NCBI GenBank assembly: GCA_963674705.1
Contig: OY771506.1
Span: forward strand, 1,408,001 to 1,472,000
Reading direction: 5' to 3'
Origin: Phycisphaeraceae bacterium
Lineage (GTDB): Bacteria > Planctomycetota > Phycisphaerae > Phycisphaerales > Phycisphaeraceae
Length of the DNA stretch: 64,000 nucleotides
The notes under the pieces were generated by a model. That model did no database searches, had not been told where the DNA came from, and worked only from the letters and a program-made list of their open reading frames with translations. Position numbers and translations under genes: made by a program. Position 1 is the stretch's first letter; every line of letters starts with the position of its first letter. Below, in pieces: positions 1-8,397 of the stretch.

Positions 1-25
1 TCTTGTCTACCTTCACATCGGGCAT
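1..25 (-). CDS. possible 5' end of a gene running off the left edge (MPDVKVDK...)
   Basis: ATG at 25 on the minus strand, open to the window edge; too short to identify. Confidence 0.25.
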
Positions 26-180
26 GGGTCGGGTTGACTTAATCACCCAAGCAGGTCGATTAACACAGTTTCACATCTGAAAACCGGTTATTTCACGTCC
101 GCTTTGAGTTATCGGGGTGTAGATGAACCGCGAAGGCGCGAAGAGCGCGGAGGATGAGTTTTTGAGCTTTCATAGCACAT

Positions 181-332
181 CAACGCCGGTCCTGAGCGCA
201 GCGAAGGGCCGGGCCGCTTGACTGCACATACGATTGTCAGCCATTAGTCCCGACTTCAGATTGAACATTGAAGCTCGAACATTGAATATTCAAGATACCC
301 GGCCCTTCGCTGCGCTCAGAACCGGCGTTGGG
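181..332. repeat. inverted pair of ~33-bp family-A repeats (181-213 plus, 298-332 minus)
   Basis: CAACGCCGGTCCTGAGCGCAGCGAAGGGCCGGG and its near-exact reverse complement 84 bp downstream. Confidence 0.85.
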
Positions 333-501
333 AACAGAAAGCAGAAAATGCAGAAAATAAGTAAAGCCAGTTGCAGTTAGCCATCAGCACAAATCATAAA
401 TCATCAATCCTAAATCATAAAACAATTCCACACCCCACACCCACACAACAACCTTCGCGCTCTTCGCGCCTTCGCGGTTATCTTCAGTATCTCAATTCCC
501 C

Positions 502-1149
502 CTACTTCAGTTCCACCGACCAGTACGCCTGATCCAGGAACTGCTTCCAGCTCGCGTACTTGTCGTTGCCGATGCGCAGGCTGATGACGGGGTTGCGCTT
601 CGGTTGCCTGGGCACAGTAATTAACTTCATGTGAGCCTGCTCCGGCGTTCGGCCGCCCTTCTTGGCGTTGCACTTCACGCAGCAGCAGACGAGATTCGTC
701 CACGTGCTCTTGCCGTTCTGGCTTCGCGGCAAAATGTGGTCCAGGCTCAGTTCACTGGTTGAAAAGTGTTTGCCGCAGTACTGGCAGCGGTTGCGGTCAC
801 GGGCGAAGATGTTCCGCCGATTGAGCTTGACCTCCTGACGCGGCAGCTTCTCATAACCCAGCAATCGGATGACCTTCGGCACAGCCAGTTGCATCCGCAC
901 CGTCTGGACCCATTCGTACTCCGACCGGTCGAACCCATCGTAATCCCGATGAGCCGCAACCGAGGCGTCCGCCCAGTTCTCGAAGTCGTAGGCCGCGTAT
1001 GACCCGTCATCGACACGGATCACCTCGGCAAGGTCCTTGAAAAGCAGCGTAAACGCCCGACGGGCATCCACCACGCGGATCGCCATCCAGAGCTTATTCA
1101 GCACCAGGACCTGGCTGTTCAACGCGGTAGTCTGTCCATCCGTCAGCAC
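502..1149 (-). CDS. HNH endonuclease (McrA-like)
   Basis: N-terminal VLVLN motif, then RD-x3-CQYCG, LDH(I)LPRS, W.NLV.CC..CN.KKG: HNH nuclease with Zn-finger. Confidence 0.9.
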   Translation of the reverse strand: MLTDGQTTALNSQVLVLNKLWMAIRVVDARRAFTLLFKDLAEVIRVDDGSYAAYDFENWADASVAAHRDYDGFDRSEYEWVQTVRMQLAVPKVIRLLGYEKLPRQEVKLNRRNIFARDRNRCQYCGKHFSTSELSLDHILPRSQNGKSTWTNLVCCCVKCNAKKGGRTPEQAHMKLITVPRQPKRNPVISLRIGNDKYASWKQFLDQAYWSVELK

Positions 1150-1344
1150 TACTTCACATCTCCCATAACCTGCTACTAAATCATAGCATCTGAAATACTA
1201 TCGGTCGTTCATATTTGATGCAATATGGGCAATTTGTGGGTTTTTCGTGAGGGCATTGAGGTTTATGCCTCGCAGCCGCTTGCGGCTTAGCGCGCAAATT
1301 GAGAGATTGCATTGTCCGCCATTAGCCATTAGACATACAATCCG

Positions 1345-1424
1345 CCCAATCCCCAATCCCCAATCCCCAATCCCCAATCCCCAATCCCCAATCCCCAATC
1401 CCCAATCCCCAATCCCCAATCCCC
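1345..1424. repeat. heptamer tandem array (CCCCAAT)x10 plus partial units
   Basis: ten perfect units 1351-1420; same unit as cyanobacterial STRR1 CCCCA(A/G)T. Confidence 0.95.
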
Positions 1425-1459
1425 TGCTCTCCTGTTCAACCTTCTCCTGCTCAAACCCA

Positions 1460-1625
1460 CCCGGCCCTTCGCTGCGCTCAGAACCGGCGTTGGGAACAGA
1501 AAGCAGAAAATGCAGAAAAGCAGAAAACGCAGAAAATAAGTAAAGCCAGTTGCAGTTAGCCATTAGCACAAATGATAAATCATCAATCCTAAATCATAAA
1601 TACAATTCCCCACACCCCACACCCA
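1460..1625. repeat. mosaic intergenic repeat, direct repeat of 298-447
   Basis: family-A repeat + AACAGAAAGCAGAAAATGCAGAAAA + TAAGTAAAGCCAGTTGCAGTTAGCCAT + AAATCAT/AAATCCT heptamers + CCCCACA in the same order in both copies. Confidence 0.9.
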
Positions 1626-1676
1626 TCCCACAGCTTGCCTCCGCCGCCATATCGCGATACAGTGCCCCGTCCCATT

Positions 1677-1759
1677 GGGCGGATGCCAGAGCGGCCAAAT
1701 GGGGTGGGCTGTAAACCCACTGGCGCAAGCCTACGCAGGTTCGAATCCTGCTCCGCCCA
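1677..1759 (+). tRNA. tRNA-Tyr (GTA), CCA not encoded
   Basis: acceptor stem GGGCGGA/TCCGCCC, anticodon arm GTGGG-CT-GTA-AA-CCCAC, long variable arm, T-loop GGTTCGAATCC. Confidence 0.97.
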
Positions 1760-2310
1760 TTTTCACAATCCAACCCCAATCACCACCGCATCGACCGGTT
1801 TTTCAACCCGTCGATGCTGTTGCTTATGGCCTGCAAATAGTCTTTGCCCTCTAGCCGCGGGCTGCCAGCCCGCGTGCATGTCAAACCGGTAAAGCCACCG
1901 ACCGAACACCCATCTCAATCAGGCCCGGGCTGGCCCGGGGTGGAAGCACTGTGCAAATTGAATGTGCGAATCACCATTACCCCCCCGGCAAGCCGGGGGC
2001 TTCTTCATGCCCATCTATTTGGCAGTCAACTCACATCCATAACTCGGCCAAGGGCCCGTCGAAAGCACATCCGTTGCCTTCGACGGTTGGGCCCTTGAGC
2101 CGCATCCGTGCAGGGGTGTTAGGCGGTTGTTGTTACCTCTCACAACCCAATAAGGGAAGCCACGGGTACACACGGATCAACACGCGGGGCAATCGTGATC
2201 CCACACGTCCGCGATCTCTGTGTTCATCCGTGTCCATCCGTGGCTAAATTCGGTTCACATCGCGATCATCCGTGCGCGAATCCAATATCCGGAATCGATC
2301 AACACGCGAC

Positions 2311-3792
2311 TCACGCGGCCTTGCTGTTGCGCCTGATGATCTGGCGTAATTCTTCCAGCAGTTGGCTGGGCGTCGTCTCGCCGGCACCGGCCGACATGCC
2401 CGGAACCAGCACCGGATCGTCCTGCTTCAGTTGCTTCTTGATCCGCTGCGCTGCGGTGATGATCGTCGAATGGTTAGGACGGCCCATCGCCGCGGCGATC
2501 TCCGGGTAGCTCATCGGCGTCAGCTCATATGTCAGGTGGATCAGCAGCGAACGTGCCAACACGACATGCGACTTGCGCATCCGCCCGGTCACCTGCTCGG
2601 CAGGCAATGCGAACAGTTCGCATACCGCATTGAGGATCGCATCAAAACGCACGGGCTTGCGAGGCGTCGCATCGGGCTGGCCTTCAAACAACTGCTCTAC
2701 CAGGCTGTGCCCGATCACCGGCGGCATGCTCGCCGCGTGTGCCAAACCACGCTGATCGCGACGCTGAAGCAGCGACAGGGCCTGCAATTTGTTTAACGTG
2801 CCTTCGATATCACGCACCGACCCGTCCGTGCGCTGCGCGATCAGACGTGCAACTGGTTCGGACATCGCCAGGCCGCGACGTTCGGCCAGCGCCTCGACCA
2901 GACGCAAACGCGTCTGCGGATCAGGCTCATTGATCTGCACCACCATCCCACGCACGCACCGGCTTGACAGCGCATCACTGAACTGCTTGATCAGCTTCGG
3001 ATGGCAATCGCTGACCATCACCACCCGCGCGCCGCTCAATTCGATCTCGTTGAAGCAGTGCAGGAATTCCTGCTGCGTCTTTTCCTTGTTCGCCAGGAAG
3101 TGCACATCATCCACAGCTAAGAGGTCGAGGTTGCGCACCTTGCGGCGGAACGCGTCCAGGGTGTTGGTCCGCACTGCGGTGATGTAGTCGTTGGTGAACT
3201 GTTCGCCGGTCGTGTAGCGGATCTTCAGGTCCGGCTGGCGTTTGGCGGCTAGCTGGCAGATGCCTTGCAGCAGGTGTGTCTTCCCCAGGCCGCACCCGCC
3301 GTGGATGAACAGCGGCGCGCCCGGCTCGGTGTCCTGTTCGGCCAGACGCATCGCCGCGGCGAAAGCAAGCTGGTTGCTCGAACCGACGACAAAGTCATCC
3401 AGCGAGTAGCGCCACTGTCTGCTGCTTTGCAATGGCCGCTTGGCGACAGTGCTGCTGCGTTGCCGGCGCGGGTCCACTTGTACATCGGTTTCTTGCGCGA
3501 TCGGAGCCGTTACGGCTTGTGTTGCGGCGCGGACACCCAGGTCGAGTTCGACATCGTGGCCGATCTCATCGCGTGCCGCTTCGCGCACCTGCTGATGGAA
3601 CTGACGGTTGATCCCGTCGGCCAGGAACTTGTTCGCGACGGTGACGTGCAGCGTATGCCGATCCTCGTCGAGTTCAAAGCTGGCCGAGCGGTCGAACCAC
3701 ATCGCGTACCGCTTGGTGCCCAAGGATTCGTTTAAACGGGTGGCTATACGCGCACCGATATCGTTTGTCGAAGTGGCCGTGGTCACGATCAC
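2311..3792 (-). CDS. dnaA: chromosomal replication initiator DnaA
   Basis: FVVGSSNQLA, Walker A HGGCGLGKTHLL, LLAVDDVHFL, C-terminal domain IV (SYPEIAAAMGRPNHSTII). Confidence 0.95.
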   Translation of the reverse strand: MIVTTATSTNDIGARIATRLNESLGTKRYAMWFDRSASFELDEDRHTLHVTVANKFLADGINRQFHQQVREAARDEIGHDVELDLGVRAATQAVTAPIAQETDVQVDPRRQRSSTVAKRPLQSSRQWRYSLDDFVVGSSNQLAFAAAMRLAEQDTEPGAPLFIHGGCGLGKTHLLQGICQLAAKRQPDLKIRYTTGEQFTNDYITAVRTNTLDAFRRKVRNLDLLAVDDVHFLANKEKTQQEFLHCFNEIELSGARVVMVSDCHPKLIKQFSDALSSRCVRGMVVQINEPDPQTRLRLVEALAERRGLAMSEPVARLIAQRTDGSVRDIEGTLNKLQALSLLQRRDQRGLAHAASMPPVIGHSLVEQLFEGQPDATPRKPVRFDAILNAVCELFALPAEQVTGRMRKSHVVLARSLLIHLTYELTPMSYPEIAAAMGRPNHSTIITAAQRIKKQLKQDDPVLVPGMSAGAGETTPSQLLEELRQIIRRNSKAA

Positions 3793-4029
3793 CTCTCCAT
3801 GTTACGGAGCCTGTGGCAGCCTTGGCCGCCTTGTAGTGGGTAACAGGATCTGACTAATGATCCTGACGCCTGAAGTGGTTCCGTCCCAATGTCCGCTGAT
3901 CGTGGTGCCCGTTCGGCTGCGGGCGTCTTCCCTCACAAAAGTGCCGAAGATGCGTATGTCATTGCGGGGCGTTATTCCGTTACCGCCAGCACAGAAGATA
4001 AGGCCAACCCTCTCGGCGTTCAACCGCGT

Positions 4030-4185
4030 TTGTGTTGAGAAATTTAATTGCGTTATTCATCGTGGTGATAATCAAGCTGTTAGACGCGATAAGTTTTTTT
4101 CTCCACCCTCTATTCACACACCGTGACAAGCTGTGGATAACATCTTGAAAAAACCCCTAGAAAATCAGCGTTTTCTTTGCCTGCA
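4030..4185. promoter_or_regulatory. AT-rich dnaA upstream region with DnaA box; candidate oriC or autoregulatory region
   Basis: perfect DnaA box TGTGGATAA at 4132-4140 (reverse complement TTATCCACA), degenerate box-like sequence near 4110, A/T runs. Confidence 0.55.
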
Positions 4186-5160
4186 TCACTTTAAGGCACA
4201 AATCATCGCGGTTTTACGTCCCGTTGCGCGGAAGCCCAATCCCTTGTACAGCTTCACCGCTGGTGTGTTCAGTTGATCGACCGCCAAGTGGATACCTGTG
4301 TCGTGACGCGCACGCGCTGTTGCAATCGCTTGTTGCATTAATCGCGTGGCTAATCGCTTTTCACGAAATGCAGGGGCCAATCCCAGGTACACAAGCTCAA
4401 GTTCAGGCCGATCGATCAGCGGATTCAGAAGCAGCACCGCCGCCGGCTCATCGTCCGCGTAGTACGCCGACCACAAATCCGCCTCAAACCGCCCTACCGC
4501 CATGTGTCCGGCGATGATGTCCTCGATATGCCTTACGCCGACCAGGTTCGGGCAGTCCAGTGTGTCCAGGTAACTCATTTCAATTGCGCTAGCGAAGTGC
4601 TGGCGGTTCTCTTCGCTCCAGACGATGCGCTTTAACGTTCTGCCTTCACATTCGATATAGGATTCCAGCCCGGCCTGGTCGTCCAATTGGGCGCTGAGGC
4701 AGGACCGCCGCATATAGATCAGCGCCGCCAGCTTGCTGAATCCCGCCCGTTCCAGCATGGTCTGCTCCCGCCGGTGCATCGGCTCCAGCAGGACCTGGAC
4801 AAGCCGTGTCTGCTCCGGCGACTGGTTTGCGAGTACGTTTTTCACCAGGTTCGTCGCCAGCGGCAATTGCGCCGCCGAGGTCAGCGGGCTGGTGAACAGG
4901 ACCGCCGTCTTGCCGGCTCCGGGGACAATAAGTGATGAATAGACAGGTGTTTGCCCGTCGTATGCGGCCCATAGTCCGTCCAGGCTCAGCCCCTGCTGCT
5001 CGGCAAAACGCAGGAAGTGGTCGATCGCCGGCTGGTGCGGCTGATCCCGTCCGGTCAGCAGCACCGCCAGCACGCTACGCTGCTCCTGCGGCTCTGGCTG
5101 GCGAAAATGATGAGCGTCATCCAGGGGCTGACCGATTGATGGTGGACTGATATGGGCCAT
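4186..5160 (-). CDS. tandem GNAT-family acetyltransferase
   Basis: C-terminal LVYLGLAPAFREKRLAT...LAVDQLNTPAVKLYKGLGF GNAT motifs; start placed at ATG 5160. Confidence 0.85.
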   Translation of the reverse strand: MAHISPPSIGQPLDDAHHFRQPEPQEQRSVLAVLLTGRDQPHQPAIDHFLRFAEQQGLSLDGLWAAYDGQTPVYSSLIVPGAGKTAVLFTSPLTSAAQLPLATNLVKNVLANQSPEQTRLVQVLLEPMHRREQTMLERAGFSKLAALIYMRRSCLSAQLDDQAGLESYIECEGRTLKRIVWSEENRQHFASAIEMSYLDTLDCPNLVGVRHIEDIIAGHMAVGRFEADLWSAYYADDEPAAVLLLNPLIDRPELELVYLGLAPAFREKRLATRLMQQAIATARARHDTGIHLAVDQLNTPAVKLYKGLGFRATGRKTAMICALK

Positions 5161-5339
5161 CTCTGATCCTGACCGCGGCCTGCCCCCTTGGCCGTCTCTT
5201 GCCGGTGGATTGACCGGTCTGGGCCTGATCGTACAATGTTGGTTCGGCCTGTGAAAGCCCGTAACCGGCGGTGGGACACGATTTTCCCATCCATCCAAGC
5301 AGGCCTGATGATTTTAGGCCGAATCAAAGAGAGGTTCTC

Positions 5340-5963
5340 ATGCGATACCTGGCGGTTGTGCTGTTGTTGGTGGGTCTGGGTCTGTCGATCGTGTGGAACC
5401 CGGGCCAGGTAGCCCAGGCTTATCCCGAGCCCGAGATCGTCAGCCCGTCATGGTCGCTGGACATCACCATCCAGAAGCCCGATGCGATTTCCATTGAAGA
5501 TGTCGATGGCACGGTCCGCTGGTTCTGGTACATGCCTTACAAGGTCGTGAACAACACCAACGAAGACCTGCTGTTCATCCCCGAGATCACCATCGCCAAC
5601 GACCTGGGCCAGATCATCAACGCCGGCCAGGATGTCCCGCCCACCGTCTTCCCCGCGATCAAAGACCGCTTGGGCAACCCGCTGCTGCTGAGCCCCGTCG
5701 AAGTCGTCGGCAAGTTATTACAGGGTGAAGACTTTGCCCGTGAAGGCGTCGCCATCTGGCCCGCCCCCGCCGGCGACGTCGATGCCTTCAGCGTCTTCAT
5801 TGCCGGGCTCAACGGCGAAACGCAAAACGCGACCAACCCAGTCACCGGCGAGTCCGTCCTTGTCCGCCGCACACTCATGCTCGAATACATCACACCCGGT
5901 AACTTCGATCGCCCCCAGGAACAACAGATCATCGAAGTCAGCCGCAAAGAAGTCATGCGGTAA
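5340..5963 (+). CDS. secreted hypothetical protein
   Basis: signal peptide MRYLAVVLLLVGLGLS...AQA, GAGG RBS upstream, GC-rich third codon positions. Confidence 0.8.
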   Translation: MRYLAVVLLLVGLGLSIVWNPGQVAQAYPEPEIVSPSWSLDITIQKPDAISIEDVDGTVRWFWYMPYKVVNNTNEDLLFIPEITIANDLGQIINAGQDVPPTVFPAIKDRLGNPLLLSPVEVVGKLLQGEDFAREGVAIWPAPAGDVDAFSVFIAGLNGETQNATNPVTGESVLVRRTLMLEYITPGNFDRPQEQQIIEVSRKEVMR

Positions 5964-5964
5964 A

Positions 5965-6068
5965 GAAAAACTGGAAATCTAGAAAACTGGAAAGCTGGAA
6001 ATAAAAACCAGCGATCGGTTTTTCTAGGCCTTATTTCCAGTTTTCTAGCTTTCCAGCTTTCCAGTTTT
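5965..6068. repeat. inverted arrays of the 8-mer GAAA(A/G)CTG between convergent genes
   Basis: GAAAAACTGGAAATCTAGAAAACTGGAAAGCTGGAAA facing TTTCCAGTTTTCTAGCTTTCCAGCTTTCCAGTTTTTC; same unit at 63608-63644. Confidence 0.85.
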
Positions 6069-6962
6069 TCACTTCACATCACAAACCAGCACCCGCGGCA
6101 ACCTCTCATGGTCCGCCAGAACATGCACGTTTTCCCACGCGCCCGTCGCCTCCGCCAGTTTGATCAGTTCTTTTTTCTGACTCGCCGCGCCCTCAAGCAC
6201 CAGTTGACCGGGATCATCCAGCAACGGCCGACTCTTTTCAATCAGTTCCCGCAGGTATAACAGGCCGTCCCCGCCGCCACGCAACGCACTCTCCGGCTCA
6301 TAATCCTTGACGTTCGGCTCAACGTCTTTCCACTCCGCATCGCTGATGTATGGCGGGTTACTCACCAGGTACCGCAGCCGTTCGTTTTTAATCGGTTCCA
6401 GCAGATCGCCTTGTCGAAACTCAATCCTGTCCGCGACGCCCTGGTCTTTTGCGTTTTGTCGCGCTGTCTCCAGCGCTGCCTCGCTGATATCCGTCGCGAT
6501 GATTCGGCTGTTGGATACATGCTTCGCCAGTGCGATCGCGATCGCGCCGCTGCCCGTTCCAACGTCCGCAATCAACGGGCTGTGAAACCCCGGCGTCCGC
6601 CTCGCATGCTGGATCACATGCTCGACCAGCGTCTCCGTACTCGGCCGCGGGATCAGCACGCTCGGGTTCACGTTCAACATCATCGACATGAACGGGCTGC
6701 GTCCGACCAGGTAGTCCACCGGCTCGTGCTTGGCTGCACGTTCGACCAGCGCCCTAAACGTCGCACGCTCCAACTCATTGGCCGGCCTGTCCAGGTCCAT
6801 GTACAGCTTCAGCCGGTCCACTCCCAGCACATGTGCAAGCAACATCTCCGTCGCCAGACGCGGATTGTCTACGCCCTTCTGACCAAGATGCTGGCCCGTC
6901 CACGCCATCAGTCGACGGGTCGTCCAGGTCGTGTTGTCGGTGGTTCGCCTCGGCACGCCCAT
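6069..6962 (-). CDS. prmC: release factor glutamine methyltransferase PrmC/HemK
   Basis: VLIPRPSTE, DVGTGSGAIA, SNPPY, EPESALRGGGDGL. Confidence 0.95.
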   Translation of the reverse strand: MGVPRRTTDNTTWTTRRLMAWTGQHLGQKGVDNPRLATEMLLAHVLGVDRLKLYMDLDRPANELERATFRALVERAAKHEPVDYLVGRSPFMSMMLNVNPSVLIPRPSTETLVEHVIQHARRTPGFHSPLIADVGTGSGAIAIALAKHVSNSRIIATDISEAALETARQNAKDQGVADRIEFRQGDLLEPIKNERLRYLVSNPPYISDAEWKDVEPNVKDYEPESALRGGGDGLLYLRELIEKSRPLLDDPGQLVLEGAASQKKELIKLAEATGAWENVHVLADHERLPRVLVCDVK

Positions 6963-6994
6963 GATTCTACCCGCCAAACCCCACGACACGCGAA

Positions 6995-8122
6995 GTGCCC
7001 CACTTGGAGCATCGCCCCTCCTCGCGTAGCATCAACAATATGTACGCCGCACTGCTGACCAACATGGCCTGGCTCGACGAGGAACTTATCCCCTTCCAGC
7101 ACCTGGTCGTCGGCCTGATCGATGAACGCGTCCGCGTCGCGCAGGTCGTGCCCGTCGGCGTTTCCTCAGATGACCTGTCCGGCTTCGGCGACCACATCTT
7201 CTGGCAAGAGTCACGCATCCCCTTCATGAACCGCTACCGCGTCGCCGCGCTCGACGATATCTTCACCAACCTCGGCATCGACCTCATCCACGCCATGGAC
7301 GGCCGACTCTGGCGCGGCGCGCTCAAACTCGCCGACACGCTCAACCTCCCCGCCGTGCTCAGCGCCAACTCCGTCATGGATATCAAACTCGCGCATCACC
7401 TGCTGCCCTCGCTCGACCCCGCGAGATTCGCCGTCACCGCCGCTACCGCTCCACTTACCAAAGCCATCCACGAACACGCACCCGAAGGCATGCTCATGCA
7501 GACCGTCGGCACCGGCGCCCACACGCACGAGGCCGAACCGCCCACCATCAGCAGCGAACAAGCTCTCTGCGTCATCGTCTCCGGCAACGGCGTCATGGAT
7601 GAATACTACGAGTCGCTGCTCGCAGGCATGGCTGAATTCGTTCAGCACCATCCCGCGACGCAGTTCTTTTTCGACGGCCAAGGCAGCACCCAACACGAAC
7701 TCTGGAAAGCAGCCCGCGCATTAGGCCTGCTCGGCAACATCTCACTCATCCCAAGACGCCTCGGCCACCGCGAAATGCTTCTCAAGTCCCACGCACTGAT
7801 CCACCCCCAACCGCTCGGCCGATCAAGAAGCCTCACCCTACGCGCTATGGCGCGCGGCCTGCCCGTCATCGTCCATCACGATCCTTACCTCGATTACCTG
7901 ATCGACGGCAAAACCGCCGCCGTCCTCGACGATCCCACCCCAAAGGACTGGACCAACGTCCTTAGCCGCATGGTCAACCAACCCCACACCGCCGCCGAAC
8001 TCGGCCGAACCGCCCGACAGTGGATCAAACAAAACCGCCCCATCTCCCACCAGGTCAACGGCATCCTCGACACCTACCGCCGCCTCACCGGCCAAACAAT
8101 TGAATTCAAACCCCAACCCTGA
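6995..8122 (+). CDS. GT-B/family 4-like glycosyltransferase, degenerate
   Basis: C-terminal LRAMARGLPVIV...LIDGKTA motif resembling Glycos_transf_1. Confidence 0.7.
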   Translation: MPHLEHRPSSRSINNMYAALLTNMAWLDEELIPFQHLVVGLIDERVRVAQVVPVGVSSDDLSGFGDHIFWQESRIPFMNRYRVAALDDIFTNLGIDLIHAMDGRLWRGALKLADTLNLPAVLSANSVMDIKLAHHLLPSLDPARFAVTAATAPLTKAIHEHAPEGMLMQTVGTGAHTHEAEPPTISSEQALCVIVSGNGVMDEYYESLLAGMAEFVQHHPATQFFFDGQGSTQHELWKAARALGLLGNISLIPRRLGHREMLLKSHALIHPQPLGRSRSLTLRAMARGLPVIVHHDPYLDYLIDGKTAAVLDDPTPKDWTNVLSRMVNQPHTAAELGRTARQWIKQNRPISHQVNGILDTYRRLTGQTIEFKPQP

Positions 8123-8323
8123 CCCCCGCACGCCTTACCCCCTCTCCCCGCGGAGCCCCGGAAAGGGCCTGGGTAAGGGCCGGATTGATTACGTATTCAA
8201 TTCAAACACAAATGCCTCAATGCCCGGTCATACTTCCGGGGGCCCGCAGGGCTTTGGCCGGGGTCGCCTTCTAATCCGTAAATCCCCGTAAAACAAATAA
8301 AACTTGCCCTCTTCTCTCCAAAT

Positions 8324-8359
8324 AAAAAAAGACCGGTCGGCTTGTTACACCGACCGGTC
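8324..8359 (-). terminator. intrinsic terminator of the MCP gene
   Basis: 10-bp perfect stem GACCGGTCGG/CCGACCGGTC followed by T7 on the minus strand. Confidence 0.85.
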
Positions 8360-8397
8360 GGGGGGTAGTGGGGGCAATCTATTTAAGAACGAGACAA

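Noticed and set aside
1198..1569. ORFs with GIGDWGL / PIPNPQS repeats
   Set aside because: They are translations of the CCCCAAT heptamer array and the mosaic repeat; no RBS or other coding signal.
1677..2310. Integrative element attached to tRNA-Tyr
   Set aside because: No integrase and no duplicated tRNA 3' end were found in the window.
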